DNA of 63,449 nucleotides from a bacterium (GTDB lineage Bacteria; Chlamydiota; Chlamydiia; Chlamydiales; SM23-39): NCBI GenBank assembly GCA_021781995.1, contig JAJXVT010000004.1, positions 1 to 63,449 of the forward strand, read 5' to 3'. Shown piece by piece: positions 55,512 to 63,449 of this stretch (position 1 is its first letter; each line of letters starts with the position of its first letter). The notes under the pieces were generated by a model. It saw only the letters and a program-made list of their open reading frames with translations, ran no database searches and was not told where the DNA came from. The position numbers and the translations under genes were made by a program.

Positions 55512-57242
55512 TTAGCGATTTACGCTTTGAATTAATGAAGCAGCTGCTGCCACGCGAAGCATGGGAAAGGGCTCTCTTAGTACGCCGAGCAAAAAGCTAA
55601 AGGAACGTTCGTTTCCAATATTGCCCAGCGCCTCTAAAATATGTAATTTCATTTCGAAATCAGCGCCGGCGTACGCCCCTTGAAGTTCATTGATAACCGT
55701 TTCGTCCTTTCCGTACATCGCCAGCACAAGACACGCTTGGAGCCGTACTTGTGGATCGGTGTCGTCTAAGAGTTTTCGTACAACTTCCAGAGCGGTCTCA
55801 TCACCTTCTTGCAGCAGCATAGCCGCGGCAACGCCGGTAATGCCCCATTTTTTTCTCTGCAAAAATCCCTTTAAGGCATCTAGAGCGCGGGAATCGTTCA
55901 CCATAGCGAGGAGTGAAACGAGATTCAAACGGGTCATTTGATCTATTGATTCGGGATAGTTTCGAATCTGATCATTGTGGCGCACTTGACTTGGCGCCAA
56001 CACTTGAAAGAGTGGATTGGGCCTGGTGTCCCACATCCATAGTCGCTTGTCGTTATTCAAAAATTCAACAATGCAATCGCAAGCTGCGCCGACATCTCGC
56101 CTTTGGCCAATGAGTCCAAGGGCCATATTTATCTTTACGTAAGGATCTTGGCTATTTGCGAGCGTTGCTGCTGCAAGCGCAGCTCCTCTGTTTCCTGTCG
56201 CAGCAGTGGCAGCTGCCGCCAACCTTCGATTTTCACCCATCGAATCGTTCAACCACTTAGTCATCGCAGGCTCTCCTAGCTTGGGATCGACTAGCATCGC
56301 CACCCAAGCAGCTGTGATGGCCACAGGTCCATCGTGTTCTTCTAAACGAGGAGCTAGCACTTGCTGAAGTTCTTTATGAGACATTTTCTCTCGATAAAAA
56401 AGTCCTAAAGCGTTGAGCGCGGCGATGCGCACGTCGGGATGGGTATCGGAAAGCAATTTCAAAATATCAGATTGTGCCTCTTCTACTTGAAAGTGCAAAG
56501 CGACTGCTGCGGCTAAATGGCGCAATCCGGCTCGATTGCTCTGAGCTAATTTTCGAATTTCAGAAATATCGGCCCGATCCCAAATTCGGGTCAATGCTTC
56601 AATAGCTAGATGCCGTTCTTCAAACATCGCCTTATCGGAGATGACATAATTTTGCAAAACAGGGGCTAAATGCTTGATTCTCATAATCCCGACAGAACGA
56701 ATGACCTCAAGGCGGACCATCCACACTTTTTCTTCGCTGAGCATTCGCGCTATCTCATCTTTCAGAGGCGCGTCGGCATATCCAGCCGCCATTTGCACTG
56801 CCACCGAACGAAGAACTGCATTGGAATCTCTCATCATGTGCAATAAAATCGGCACAGCTCTCACATCATGGGTCAGATAAGATCCGATCAAGGCGCCGAG
56901 CTTCACTCCATACTGCGTTGACATGATCCCTTTTTTTAAAACGCCCCAAGATAGTTCTTCTAGTAAAAACCGATCGCCGACGAGCTCGGGGTGGCCAACA
57001 GAGAGATGAGACCAAGCATCTAGCGCCATTTCCTCTTCTCCACCGGCTGACAACGCCTCAATCAAGGCACTCAGTGCCTCTTTGGATTGTGGGAATTGTT
57101 CCACTAGCATTTGAGCCTCTTTCAACGCCGAAGAGGCATCGTCGATGAGTAAATGCGCCTGCACTCGACGCACTGCGTCTGAAATCGGATCTGACGCAAA
57201 AACATGAGCAGCTAACCCTAAGCAATACAGTATCTTTCGCAT
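55512..57242 (-). CDS. Secreted HEAT-repeat (PBS-lyase HEAT-like) protein
   Basis: Signal peptide MRKILYCLGLAAHVFA/SD. Repeated DxxxxVRxxAxxAL units (DSNAVLRSVAVQMAAGY, DTHPDVRIAALNALGLF, DTDPQVRLQACLVLAMYG, EPFPMLRVAAAASLIQ). The track start 57320 is an over-extension. Confidence 0.7.
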   Translation of the reverse strand: MRKILYCLGLAAHVFASDPISDAVRRVQAHLLIDDASSALKEAQMLVEQFPQSKEALSALIEALSAGGEEEMALDAWSHLSVGHPELVGDRFLLEELSWGVLKKGIMSTQYGVKLGALIGSYLTHDVRAVPILLHMMRDSNAVLRSVAVQMAAGYADAPLKDEIARMLSEEKVWMVRLEVIRSVGIMRIKHLAPVLQNYVISDKAMFEERHLAIEALTRIWDRADISEIRKLAQSNRAGLRHLAAAVALHFQVEEAQSDILKLLSDTHPDVRIAALNALGLFYREKMSHKELQQVLAPRLEEHDGPVAITAAWVAMLVDPKLGEPAMTKWLNDSMGENRRLAAAATAATGNRGAALAAATLANSQDPYVKINMALGLIGQRRDVGAACDCIVEFLNNDKRLWMWDTRPNPLFQVLAPSQVRHNDQIRNYPESIDQMTRLNLVSLLAMVNDSRALDALKGFLQRKKWGITGVAAAMLLQEGDETALEVVRKLLDDTDPQVRLQACLVLAMYGKDETVINELQGAYAGADFEMKLHILEALGNIGNERSFSFLLGVLREPFPMLRVAAAASLIQSVNR

Positions 57243-57338
57243 AACTATCACATATACCGTATCTCTAAAAAAAAGAAATGGAAAAAATTTACTTGCATTG
57301 AGTAGTCTACAAGTCACCATACAAGGAGTAAATTTTTT

Positions 57339-58379
57339 ATGATGAAAAGCTTTTCGCTGCTTGCCGCAGCCACTTTTTCCACATCTCAGCTACTTGCAAA
57401 TTGTTCTTGCGGATGTCCTATGGAAGCGCCTCCTTGCAAATCATTTTGGATTCAGCCAGAAAACGATATCGGCCTTACGACTTCGGCCGACTTTCTCTAT
57501 TGGCAAGCCAACCTTGACGGAATTGAATACGGCCAAATTGCCAATTTTTTTGCTAATATTGCGGCTCCACCGGTTTCATCTGCCCCTTATTACGGCAGTT
57601 GGTTATATCCTTCATTTCAATTTACCCCAGGAACTCGGGTTAATATTGGTTTTAGGCCTCACAAGGATCGTTGGCAAGTCGATGCAACTTGGGTGTATCT
57701 TTCGTCTAATGCTCACGGATCGTCACACAACCCTAATGTCACAGGCGGTGCTGTTGTAGTGCCAATCAACGACATCTCTCAATTGCTTTCTAATAATGGG
57801 ATCAATGCAAAAGCGATGTGGTGGGCTGACTACAACGCTCTTGATTTAGACATCAATCGAGGCGTTAGTTTCAGCGATGCATTTGGAATCAAAGCGCATT
57901 TGGGACTGCGCAGTTTATGGCTCGATCAAAAATACAATGTCTATTCTATTAATCTTTACAACACTGCTCCGGATGTCTTTACAAATGCCAACGCGCACCT
58001 CACGCAAAACATTTGGGGAATGGGCCCTCTTATTGGTCTAGATTCACTGTGGAAACTCTGGGGAGGATTTGGACTGGTGGGAAAAGCTTCGTTATCTTTG
58101 CTCTGGTCGCATATCCACGCTTTAAGCAAAGGTTATTTTGGCACAAATAATGCATTGATCAGAAAGGAGCTGCAAACGTTTCACACAACGCTGCCAGAAG
58201 TAAATATGCTCATTGGCTGCCAATATGACACAGGTATGTGCGGAAGCTACCATTTTTCAGGTCATATCGGCTGGGAATTTACCACACTTTTCAGCGCGAA
58301 TTATTTAGAAAATGGATACCTCAATCCGGGCAATTTCAATATGAGCGGATTAACCGCAGGCTTGGGATTTGATTATTAG
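57339..58379 (+). CDS. Cysteine-rich outer-membrane porin, MOMP-like (Legionella/environmental-chlamydia MOMP family)
   Basis: Signal peptide, then NCSCGCPMEAPPCKSFW, then ADFLYWQANLDGIEYG. Alternating beta-strand pattern ending GLGFDY (aromatic C-terminus). Confidence 0.7.
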   Translation: MMKSFSLLAAATFSTSQLLANCSCGCPMEAPPCKSFWIQPENDIGLTTSADFLYWQANLDGIEYGQIANFFANIAAPPVSSAPYYGSWLYPSFQFTPGTRVNIGFRPHKDRWQVDATWVYLSSNAHGSSHNPNVTGGAVVVPINDISQLLSNNGINAKAMWWADYNALDLDINRGVSFSDAFGIKAHLGLRSLWLDQKYNVYSINLYNTAPDVFTNANAHLTQNIWGMGPLIGLDSLWKLWGGFGLVGKASLSLLWSHIHALSKGYFGTNNALIRKELQTFHTTLPEVNMLIGCQYDTGMCGSYHFSGHIGWEFTTLFSANYLENGYLNPGNFNMSGLTAGLGFDY

Positions 58380-58395
58380 AAACCAATTAGTTCCC

Positions 58396-58443
58396 TTAGA
58401 GGTTGTCACACAATAAACTAGTTTATTGTGTGACAACCTCTAA
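58396..58443. terminator. 48-nt perfect palindrome between the convergent porin and HIT genes (hairpin up to ~22 bp)
   Basis: TTAGAGGTTGTCACACAATAAAC-TA-GTTTATTGTGTGACAACCTCTAA. The right arm contains the HIT stop codon (58440..58442). Confidence 0.65.
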
Positions 58444-58775
58444 CCCAAATGACCAAGCACTCTTCCCCCGATCAGATGAAAATGCAAATGGAATACCGTT
58501 TGGCCTGCATCGGGGCCGTTATTCGTGAGCAAGCGATACCCTTCCTCAATTCCTTTTTCCTCAGCTATTTGCTGAGCGATTTGCGCAATCTCAGCAATCA
58601 ATGGCAGATCTTTCGGCTGTATGCTTTGTAAATTTGCAATCGCCTTCTTGGGCATAATCAAAATATGAACAGGGGCGACCGGATGAATATCTTCAATCGC
58701 TAAAATGCGTTCATTTTCAAAAACCTTTGTACAGGGAACTTTTCCCTCAATAATCAATCCAAATACTGTCGACAT
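58440..58775 (-). CDS. HIT-family (histidine triad) nucleotide hydrolase
   Basis: MSTVFGLIIEGKVPCTKVFENERILAIEDIHPVAPVHILIMPKK...HLHFHLIGG. TAATG overlap with the MYG1 gene. The track start 58835 is an over-extension. Confidence 0.85.
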   Translation of the reverse strand: MSTVFGLIIEGKVPCTKVFENERILAIEDIHPVAPVHILIMPKKAIANLQSIQPKDLPLIAEIAQIAQQIAEEKGIEEGYRLLTNNGPDAGQTVFHLHFHLIGGRVLGHLG

Positions 58776-59647
58776 TATGAGTCCTTTTTCAATGCAATAT
58801 GCAGAGCTTTCAATGCATCTTCTTTCGTTTTCCAAATAGAGATAAAGCGGCCCTTATGACAGAACACCGCGCCATGAATTCCGCATACTTGTTGAAGATC
58901 TTCCTCATGCAACCCAGCCCAATTTGCCGGCAAAGGCTTTCGCACCTTCATGCGATCGCTTAAATTCGGCGGAATGCCCCGCAATTTCCAATGCGGTCCG
59001 GCAGGCATAATGACAAATTGCGCCGGATGCAACTCACCGCCCAATTCAAAAAAATTCTCAAGCCACGGAATAGATTCTTCAAATACGATGACAGGACCCG
59101 ATTCGCTCATTTTCTTTTTTACAGCCGCTAAGCACTCATGCGTATAAATCTCTCGAGCTCTAAGTCTTTCTAAATGACCTACAACAAAATCAACGGCTAC
59201 AAAAAACGCCTGATTCATCACATCTGGAGCTGCGTCATACTCAATGGGTAAAAAATTAGACACAACCTGAGAAAATGTGCACGTGCCCATTTCTAATTTC
59301 GCCATGCCATTGTCATGAGCATCGACACCGAAAATCAAAGAGCGGTTGAGGTGATCGTATAAATGTTCATCGATCGTTTGAGTGTCCCTTAAAAAAGCTA
59401 GCACCATACCCGCAGAACTCAATGGGCCAACATATTCCGCTTGATGGTGATCAAAGCGTTTGAGCGCCGGGTCGAAAATCCCCCCGACATCGCACACATA
59501 TTCGCACGATGCCAATACGGCGCTATCACGCGTGCGATGAATTTTCTCTCGATCGATTTTACCGAATGCGAGGAGCAATGAACAGGCAGTTACTTCATCG
59601 GCATGAAAAGAGCCGTCGTGAGTGCCAAAGCTTCTTGGGGTTTGCAT
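58775..59647 (-). CDS. MYG1/UPF0160-family metal-dependent hydrolase
   Basis: FGTHDGSFHADEVTACSLL, FDHHQ, GVDAHDNG: the DHH-like motifs characteristic of MYG1. Confidence 0.85.
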   Translation of the reverse strand: MQTPRSFGTHDGSFHADEVTACSLLLAFGKIDREKIHRTRDSAVLASCEYVCDVGGIFDPALKRFDHHQAEYVGPLSSAGMVLAFLRDTQTIDEHLYDHLNRSLIFGVDAHDNGMAKLEMGTCTFSQVVSNFLPIEYDAAPDVMNQAFFVAVDFVVGHLERLRAREIYTHECLAAVKKKMSESGPVIVFEESIPWLENFFELGGELHPAQFVIMPAGPHWKLRGIPPNLSDRMKVRKPLPANWAGLHEEDLQQVCGIHGAVFCHKGRFISIWKTKEDALKALHIALKKDS

Positions 59648-59714
59648 ACTTTTATCCTTTTCAGGTAAATCGCGAGATTCTATCTTGAAGTGTAATTAGA
59701 CTCAAGGAGCGCTC

Positions 59715-60167
59715 ATGAAAATTTCAAGTCCAGCCTTTCAAAACAATGGCTCGATCCCCCCCAAATACACCTGCCAAGGAAAAAATGTCAGCCCTCCGCT
59801 AGAGTTTTACGACATTCCACAAGGAGCTAAATCTCTTGCGCTGATTATGGAAGACCCCGATGTTCCTTGCTGCGTACGCGCCGACTGCATGTACGACCAT
59901 TGGATCATCTTCAACATCCCCCCCTCGACTCGTCAATTGGCCGAGCACACAACGCCTCCTGGCATACAAGGAAGCAATACTTCAGGGCAAAACCGCTACA
60001 CCGGCCCTTGCCCTCCGGATCGCGAGCACCGCTATTTTTTCAAGCTCTACGCCCTCGACTGCACGCTGAATTTAACAACAGGCGCGTCTAAAACCGATCT
60101 TGAATCTGCGATGCAAGGACACATTCTTGCACAAGCACAACTCATTGGACGCTACGAAAAGAGTTAA
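59715..60167 (+). CDS. PEBP/YbhB-YbcL family (Raf-kinase-inhibitor-like) protein
   Basis: KYTCQGKNVSPPLEF, SLALIMEDPD, DHWIIFNIP, YTGPCPPDREHRYFFKLYALD. Confidence 0.85.
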   Translation: MKISSPAFQNNGSIPPKYTCQGKNVSPPLEFYDIPQGAKSLALIMEDPDVPCCVRADCMYDHWIIFNIPPSTRQLAEHTTPPGIQGSNTSGQNRYTGPCPPDREHRYFFKLYALDCTLNLTTGASKTDLESAMQGHILAQAQLIGRYEKS

Positions 60168-60170
60168 TCT

Positions 60171-62306
60171 ATGGAAAGCTATCTCTCTCACGGACCTTGC
60201 GATCTGGTCACTCCAGACGGCAAAATCATCGCTATTTCGCCCATGCGCTCGGGTCAAAGAATGGCGACAATATCCATTGAGCACATAGCTGAAAATTTTG
60301 TCGGCTATCAGGTGGCTCCCGACCGCATTTTCTTCAACATCAAGAGCACTCTTGCGCAACTAGGTCTCAATGGCACTGCCAAGCAATACGAATGGAACCG
60401 CCCTACGCGTTCAGTGCGCGTTCAAGTAGAGCTAACAGCCATCGGCCCGTTTGCCCACGCAATTCTCGATTTATTAACAGAAAGCGCCTACATTGGAAAA
60501 CTCTTTGCCGCCGATGAATCCAGACGCGTACGCAATCCCGATTACCTCATGCGCATGTTCGGCCGCTGCGACCGTCAGGGGCGCCCTTTGCTGCTTCTGG
60601 GGGGCCTAGAAGGAAGCGGTGATCTCATTCTCGAAAAAAGCGAAGGCAGGACCGTAGCATTCATCGCCCTAAAACAAGGAACCCTTACCTACGATCATTC
60701 AATCTACGGATTTTTACCAACCCTAGCTAAAGCCCTTACCAAAAATCTATCCGGCACCCGTGATCTTCTCCATCTGCATCACATTTTGCAAACTGATGCT
60801 ACGCGCGTTGCAGACAAGCGCAACATCCTTCTTGTGCGCACTGCGCCGCTGCATATCCGCACAGTGTACGCACGGGTAATCGACTCACTATTGCCCAAAG
60901 GCTACTGTCACACCTCTGCTTCCGTTTTACAACCCGACACCCATGCCTCCGGCGATATATACGAGTTATTTGGCAAATCAGATCAAGTACTAGATGCAAT
61001 TCCCTTAGAGTTTTACACCCTTGAACCCCACCGCGAACACGTCTTTTTTGCCGATCGCGATCAACTCATAGCAAGCCTGGAACAACCAAAATCGCTATTC
61101 GACGCTTTTGCGACAGCACCGCAATCAGACCATCATCTCGCCTCCATTTTTGTCGTCAAAGGGACGCAGATGAAAAATCTTTGCGAAAAAGATTGGATCG
61201 TCCGAGATGTGCGCAAACACGATTTTCCAGGGCTTTCCCACCCTTTGCGCCAAGCACTCATCGTTGAAAAGTACATCGAACAGCAACCGCAATACCCCTT
61301 TTTGCAAGCCATGGAAACAGGTCTCATCACATCGCAAGGAGTTTTACTTTCACGCCACTTTCCTACGCCATTGCTCAAAAGAATGCTCTTATCCGATCGC
61401 GTTACCCGATGCTTAAAGGGAATATACTTCCAATCCCCTTCCTGCACATACGGCGATTATTTTTCCAATGAAGACAGAGCAACCCTGATCGATTTAGCCA
61501 AATTTGGCATCCCTGTTTATTGGGTCGATAAAATCTCAAATCAAATTCTGCAATACGTGCTGCGCCCCGAAAAAGAAAGCGGCATGTTTGTGCCGCTAAA
61601 CCTCATTGAAGATTTCCGTAAATCAACCGTTTTTGGCGTCTATGGATCCAACCTTTTAGAAGGCGATTTCGAACACGAATTATACGCCCTTTTACAAGGG
61701 GTTCTCGCTATGCGCAACCAAGTGAATCATCCATTGCTTTCAAAAAACACCCCTATTGCTCTGCTGACTGGCGGAGGTCCCGGCGCTATGGAAGTTGGCA
61801 ATCGCGTCGCGCGTAAACTCAATATCATTTCTTGCGGCAACATTGTTGACTTTAGACTCAAAGACTCAAGTGTCGTTCGAGAACAACAAGCCAACGCCTA
61901 CATCGACGCCAAAATGACCTACCGCCTCGATCGTCTCGTAGAACGGCAGTCTGAATTTTTTCTCGACATTCCCATTTTTTTGCCGGGAGGAATGGGCATG
62001 GATTTTGAATATGCCCTCGAAGAAGTTCGCAGAAAAACAGGCAGCGCGCCTGCAACCCCTTGTTTGTTGTTTGGAAGCGTTGATTATTGGAGCCGCAAAG
62101 TCAGTTCTCGATTTCAACTCAATCTAGAAACCGGTACGATCCAAGGATCGGAGTGGGTTTCTAACTGTTTTTACTGCATCCAAACAGCAGAGCAGGGACT
62201 TTCTATTTTAAAGAAATTCTTTGATAGCAAGCTACCGATCGGCAAAAAAGGCCCTACATATAATGCAGGTTTTTTTACTGAGCAGGCAACAGACGCAATG
62301 TCATGA
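60171..62306 (+). CDS. 711-aa fusion protein: unknown ~480-aa N-terminal region plus a divergent LOG/PpnN-type (TIGR00730-like) Rossmann domain
   Basis: C-terminal LLTGGGPGAMEVGNRVA ... RLDRLVERQSEF ... IFLPGGMGMDFEYALE corresponds to the LOG motifs GGGxGxM and PGGxGTxxE (Thr replaced by Met). Starts 3 nt after the PEBP stop. Confidence 0.65.
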   Translation: MESYLSHGPCDLVTPDGKIIAISPMRSGQRMATISIEHIAENFVGYQVAPDRIFFNIKSTLAQLGLNGTAKQYEWNRPTRSVRVQVELTAIGPFAHAILDLLTESAYIGKLFAADESRRVRNPDYLMRMFGRCDRQGRPLLLLGGLEGSGDLILEKSEGRTVAFIALKQGTLTYDHSIYGFLPTLAKALTKNLSGTRDLLHLHHILQTDATRVADKRNILLVRTAPLHIRTVYARVIDSLLPKGYCHTSASVLQPDTHASGDIYELFGKSDQVLDAIPLEFYTLEPHREHVFFADRDQLIASLEQPKSLFDAFATAPQSDHHLASIFVVKGTQMKNLCEKDWIVRDVRKHDFPGLSHPLRQALIVEKYIEQQPQYPFLQAMETGLITSQGVLLSRHFPTPLLKRMLLSDRVTRCLKGIYFQSPSCTYGDYFSNEDRATLIDLAKFGIPVYWVDKISNQILQYVLRPEKESGMFVPLNLIEDFRKSTVFGVYGSNLLEGDFEHELYALLQGVLAMRNQVNHPLLSKNTPIALLTGGGPGAMEVGNRVARKLNIISCGNIVDFRLKDSSVVREQQANAYIDAKMTYRLDRLVERQSEFFLDIPIFLPGGMGMDFEYALEEVRRKTGSAPATPCLLFGSVDYWSRKVSSRFQLNLETGTIQGSEWVSNCFYCIQTAEQGLSILKKFFDSKLPIGKKGPTYNAGFFTEQATDAMS

Positions 62307-62919
62307 AATGAACCCACATTTCATTCGAGCGATTCCGATATACCTCCACACGCACTGGCCGCATCGTTCCATCGGTCATCCTTTCTACCCCAACTCGACT
62401 CCAGGGTTGAGTACGACAAGACTCTTCAAAACCGGCAATCTCAACTGGCGATCGGCGCGGCACAGGCCCCTTGCTCAATTGTTTCATGAAACTGAGCACA
62501 GTCTGTTGGGCAGGAGGAGTTTCAGAAACAACCGGAGGCGTTGCAGCAACGGCAGATGTCCTCCCCGGCGTTTGAGATAGAGCCACGGCCGGGGGACTCT
62601 TATGAGGTGTTGGGGATGGACGTAATAACACAGCGGGAACTTGACGAGGTTTTACAGGAAGAGGCTGAATCAAATCCTGAGACTCGGAAACCCTGCGCAT
62701 AGGACGGCGGATCGCGATAGGGGCTGAAGTTTGGGAAGGTGCATCAGAATAACTTCTAGTCAGTAAGGCAGGCCCTGCGACAGCCGCTACAGCGCGGCTC
62801 GCCACTGCCATAGAAGGGTCGCTCAAATTTTGTTTTTGACCCAACAAGCGATCAGTTGGACGCAAACGAACTCGCCTCACAGGAGAAGGATTTTCTTTCC
62901 CAACACAACAAGAAAACAT
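62275..62919 (-). CDS. Pro-rich hypothetical protein
   Basis: MFSCCVGKENPSP..., then a long Pro/Ser/Ala/Arg-rich low-complexity region with PxxP clusters and a ~70-aa C-terminal globular part. The 3' end overlaps the 60171..62306 gene by 32 nt. Coding status is supported only by ORF length and its position after the upstream gene. Confidence 0.45.
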   Translation of the reverse strand: MFSCCVGKENPSPVRRVRLRPTDRLLGQKQNLSDPSMAVASRAVAAVAGPALLTRSYSDAPSQTSAPIAIRRPMRRVSESQDLIQPLPVKPRQVPAVLLRPSPTPHKSPPAVALSQTPGRTSAVAATPPVVSETPPAQQTVLSFMKQLSKGPVPRRSPVEIAGFEESCRTQPWSRVGVERMTDGTMRPVRVEVYRNRSNEMWVHFMTLRLLPAQ

Positions 62920-62952
62920 AGATACTCTCTCTTTTTTTGAAAGAATATTATA

Positions 62953-63449
62953 CTAAAATCCGTAATTTATATCGAACTCAAAATATCTAGTTCTCTCTTT
63001 TGCAAATTGTCCTTCCAATGAGTAACCGTAATGATAGCCGATAAATGCCCTAAATTTTCTGCCGATACCTTGCAATTTTGACAATTCGTAGCCCGATCGC
63101 AGTGTCACATCAAAATTGTAATCGAGCTGTTCTAAATTACGAACGTGGCATGCAAAAAACCAATTGCCATGCAATTTGTAATAATAGGATTTGAAAGGAG
63201 AAAACCGAGCTTCCGTTCCATACTGAATATAGATAGGCTTCCATTTAAAACTTGGATCGCTATGGACATATACACCAGGACCTATATACACGCGAATCGC
63301 TTCATTTGCCTGGTAAGAAGTGTAAAAATCAATCGCCTCAATGCTAGGATTCACCCGTTTAAATCCGGGATGATTGACCATGAATTCATCACCCAAGTGG
63401 CCGGAAATATGGTAACCGCGCAAACGAAAAGACCACTTATCACAGATCG
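62953..63449 (-). CDS. Outer-membrane beta-barrel-like protein, C-terminal part (ORF is open to the right window edge)
   Basis: The frame stays open upstream of the track's TTG 63423 (..ICDKWSFRLRGYHISG). Alternating aromatic/hydrophilic strands and a C-terminal ...FEFDINYGF (terminal Phe), typical of OMP beta-signals. Confidence 0.5.
   Translation of the reverse strand, partial: ICDKWSFRLRGYHISGHLGDEFMVNHPGFKRVNPSIEAIDFYTSYQANEAIRVYIGPGVYVHSDPSFKWKPIYIQYGTEARFSPFKSYYYKLHGNWFFACHVRNLEQLDYNFDVTLRSGYELSKLQGIGRKFRAFIGYHYGYSLEGQFAKERTRYFEFDINYGF

Noticed and set aside
1-63449. CRISPR arrays, rRNA genes, prophage/integrase genes, toxin-antitoxin or known defence systems
   Set aside because: I scanned the intergenic regions and the ORF list. 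There are no regularly spaced direct repeats, no rRNA-like segments, no integrase, recombinase or phage structural motifs, and no recognisable defence-gene signatures.

Overview
Gene-dense 63.4-kb chromosomal segment whose gene order and content point to the phylum Chlamydiae. GC looks mid-40s % by eye, which suggests an environmental, non-Chlamydiaceae lineage; no species call is possible without a search.

The conserved backbone on the minus strand runs infA, tRNA-Thr(GGU), tuf, tRNA-Trp(CCA), secE, nusG, rplK-rplA-rplJ-rplL, rpoB-rpoC. Further along are tal and a seven-gene V-type ATPase operon (E, DUF2764, A, B, D, I, K).

Other recognisable housekeeping genes:
- cdaA-cdaR (c-di-AMP synthesis), fused into one overlapping operon with a GT1 glycosyltransferase, lpxL and rsmE
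- pyk, plant-type fabI, a parA-like ATPase, a class-I DAHP synthase, a Nudix hydrolase, fumC, an mscS-family channel and a DEAD-box helicase
- a U32-family enzyme with an ATGA overlap onto a chorismate mutase, followed by yqeY
- sufE, HIT, MYG1 and PEBP genes

Between these sit lineage-specific, host-interaction-type genes:
- An unlisted ORF of at least 843 codons that runs off the left edge (1..2530, minus). It encodes an S/T/N/Q-rich protein with an internal ~425-aa duplication and lies next to a solo IS5-type transposase fragment.
- Two inverted paralogous autotransporters with a ~40-aa modular passenger. They bracket a SET-domain protein and a lipase carrying an Inc-like bilobed hydrophobic domain.
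- Two degenerate eukaryotic-like kinase-fold proteins, one of them overlapping the last V-ATPase gene by one base.
- Two further Inc-like proteins, a cysteine-rich MOMP-like porin and a HEAT-repeat protein.
- A 711-aa protein that joins an unknown N-terminal domain to a divergent LOG/PpnN-type domain.

I saw no CRISPR array, rRNA, prophage or recognisable defence system. Several N-termini in the supplied ORF track are over-extended and are corrected below. All functional calls come from motifs read by eye and remembered family signatures; no database search was run.
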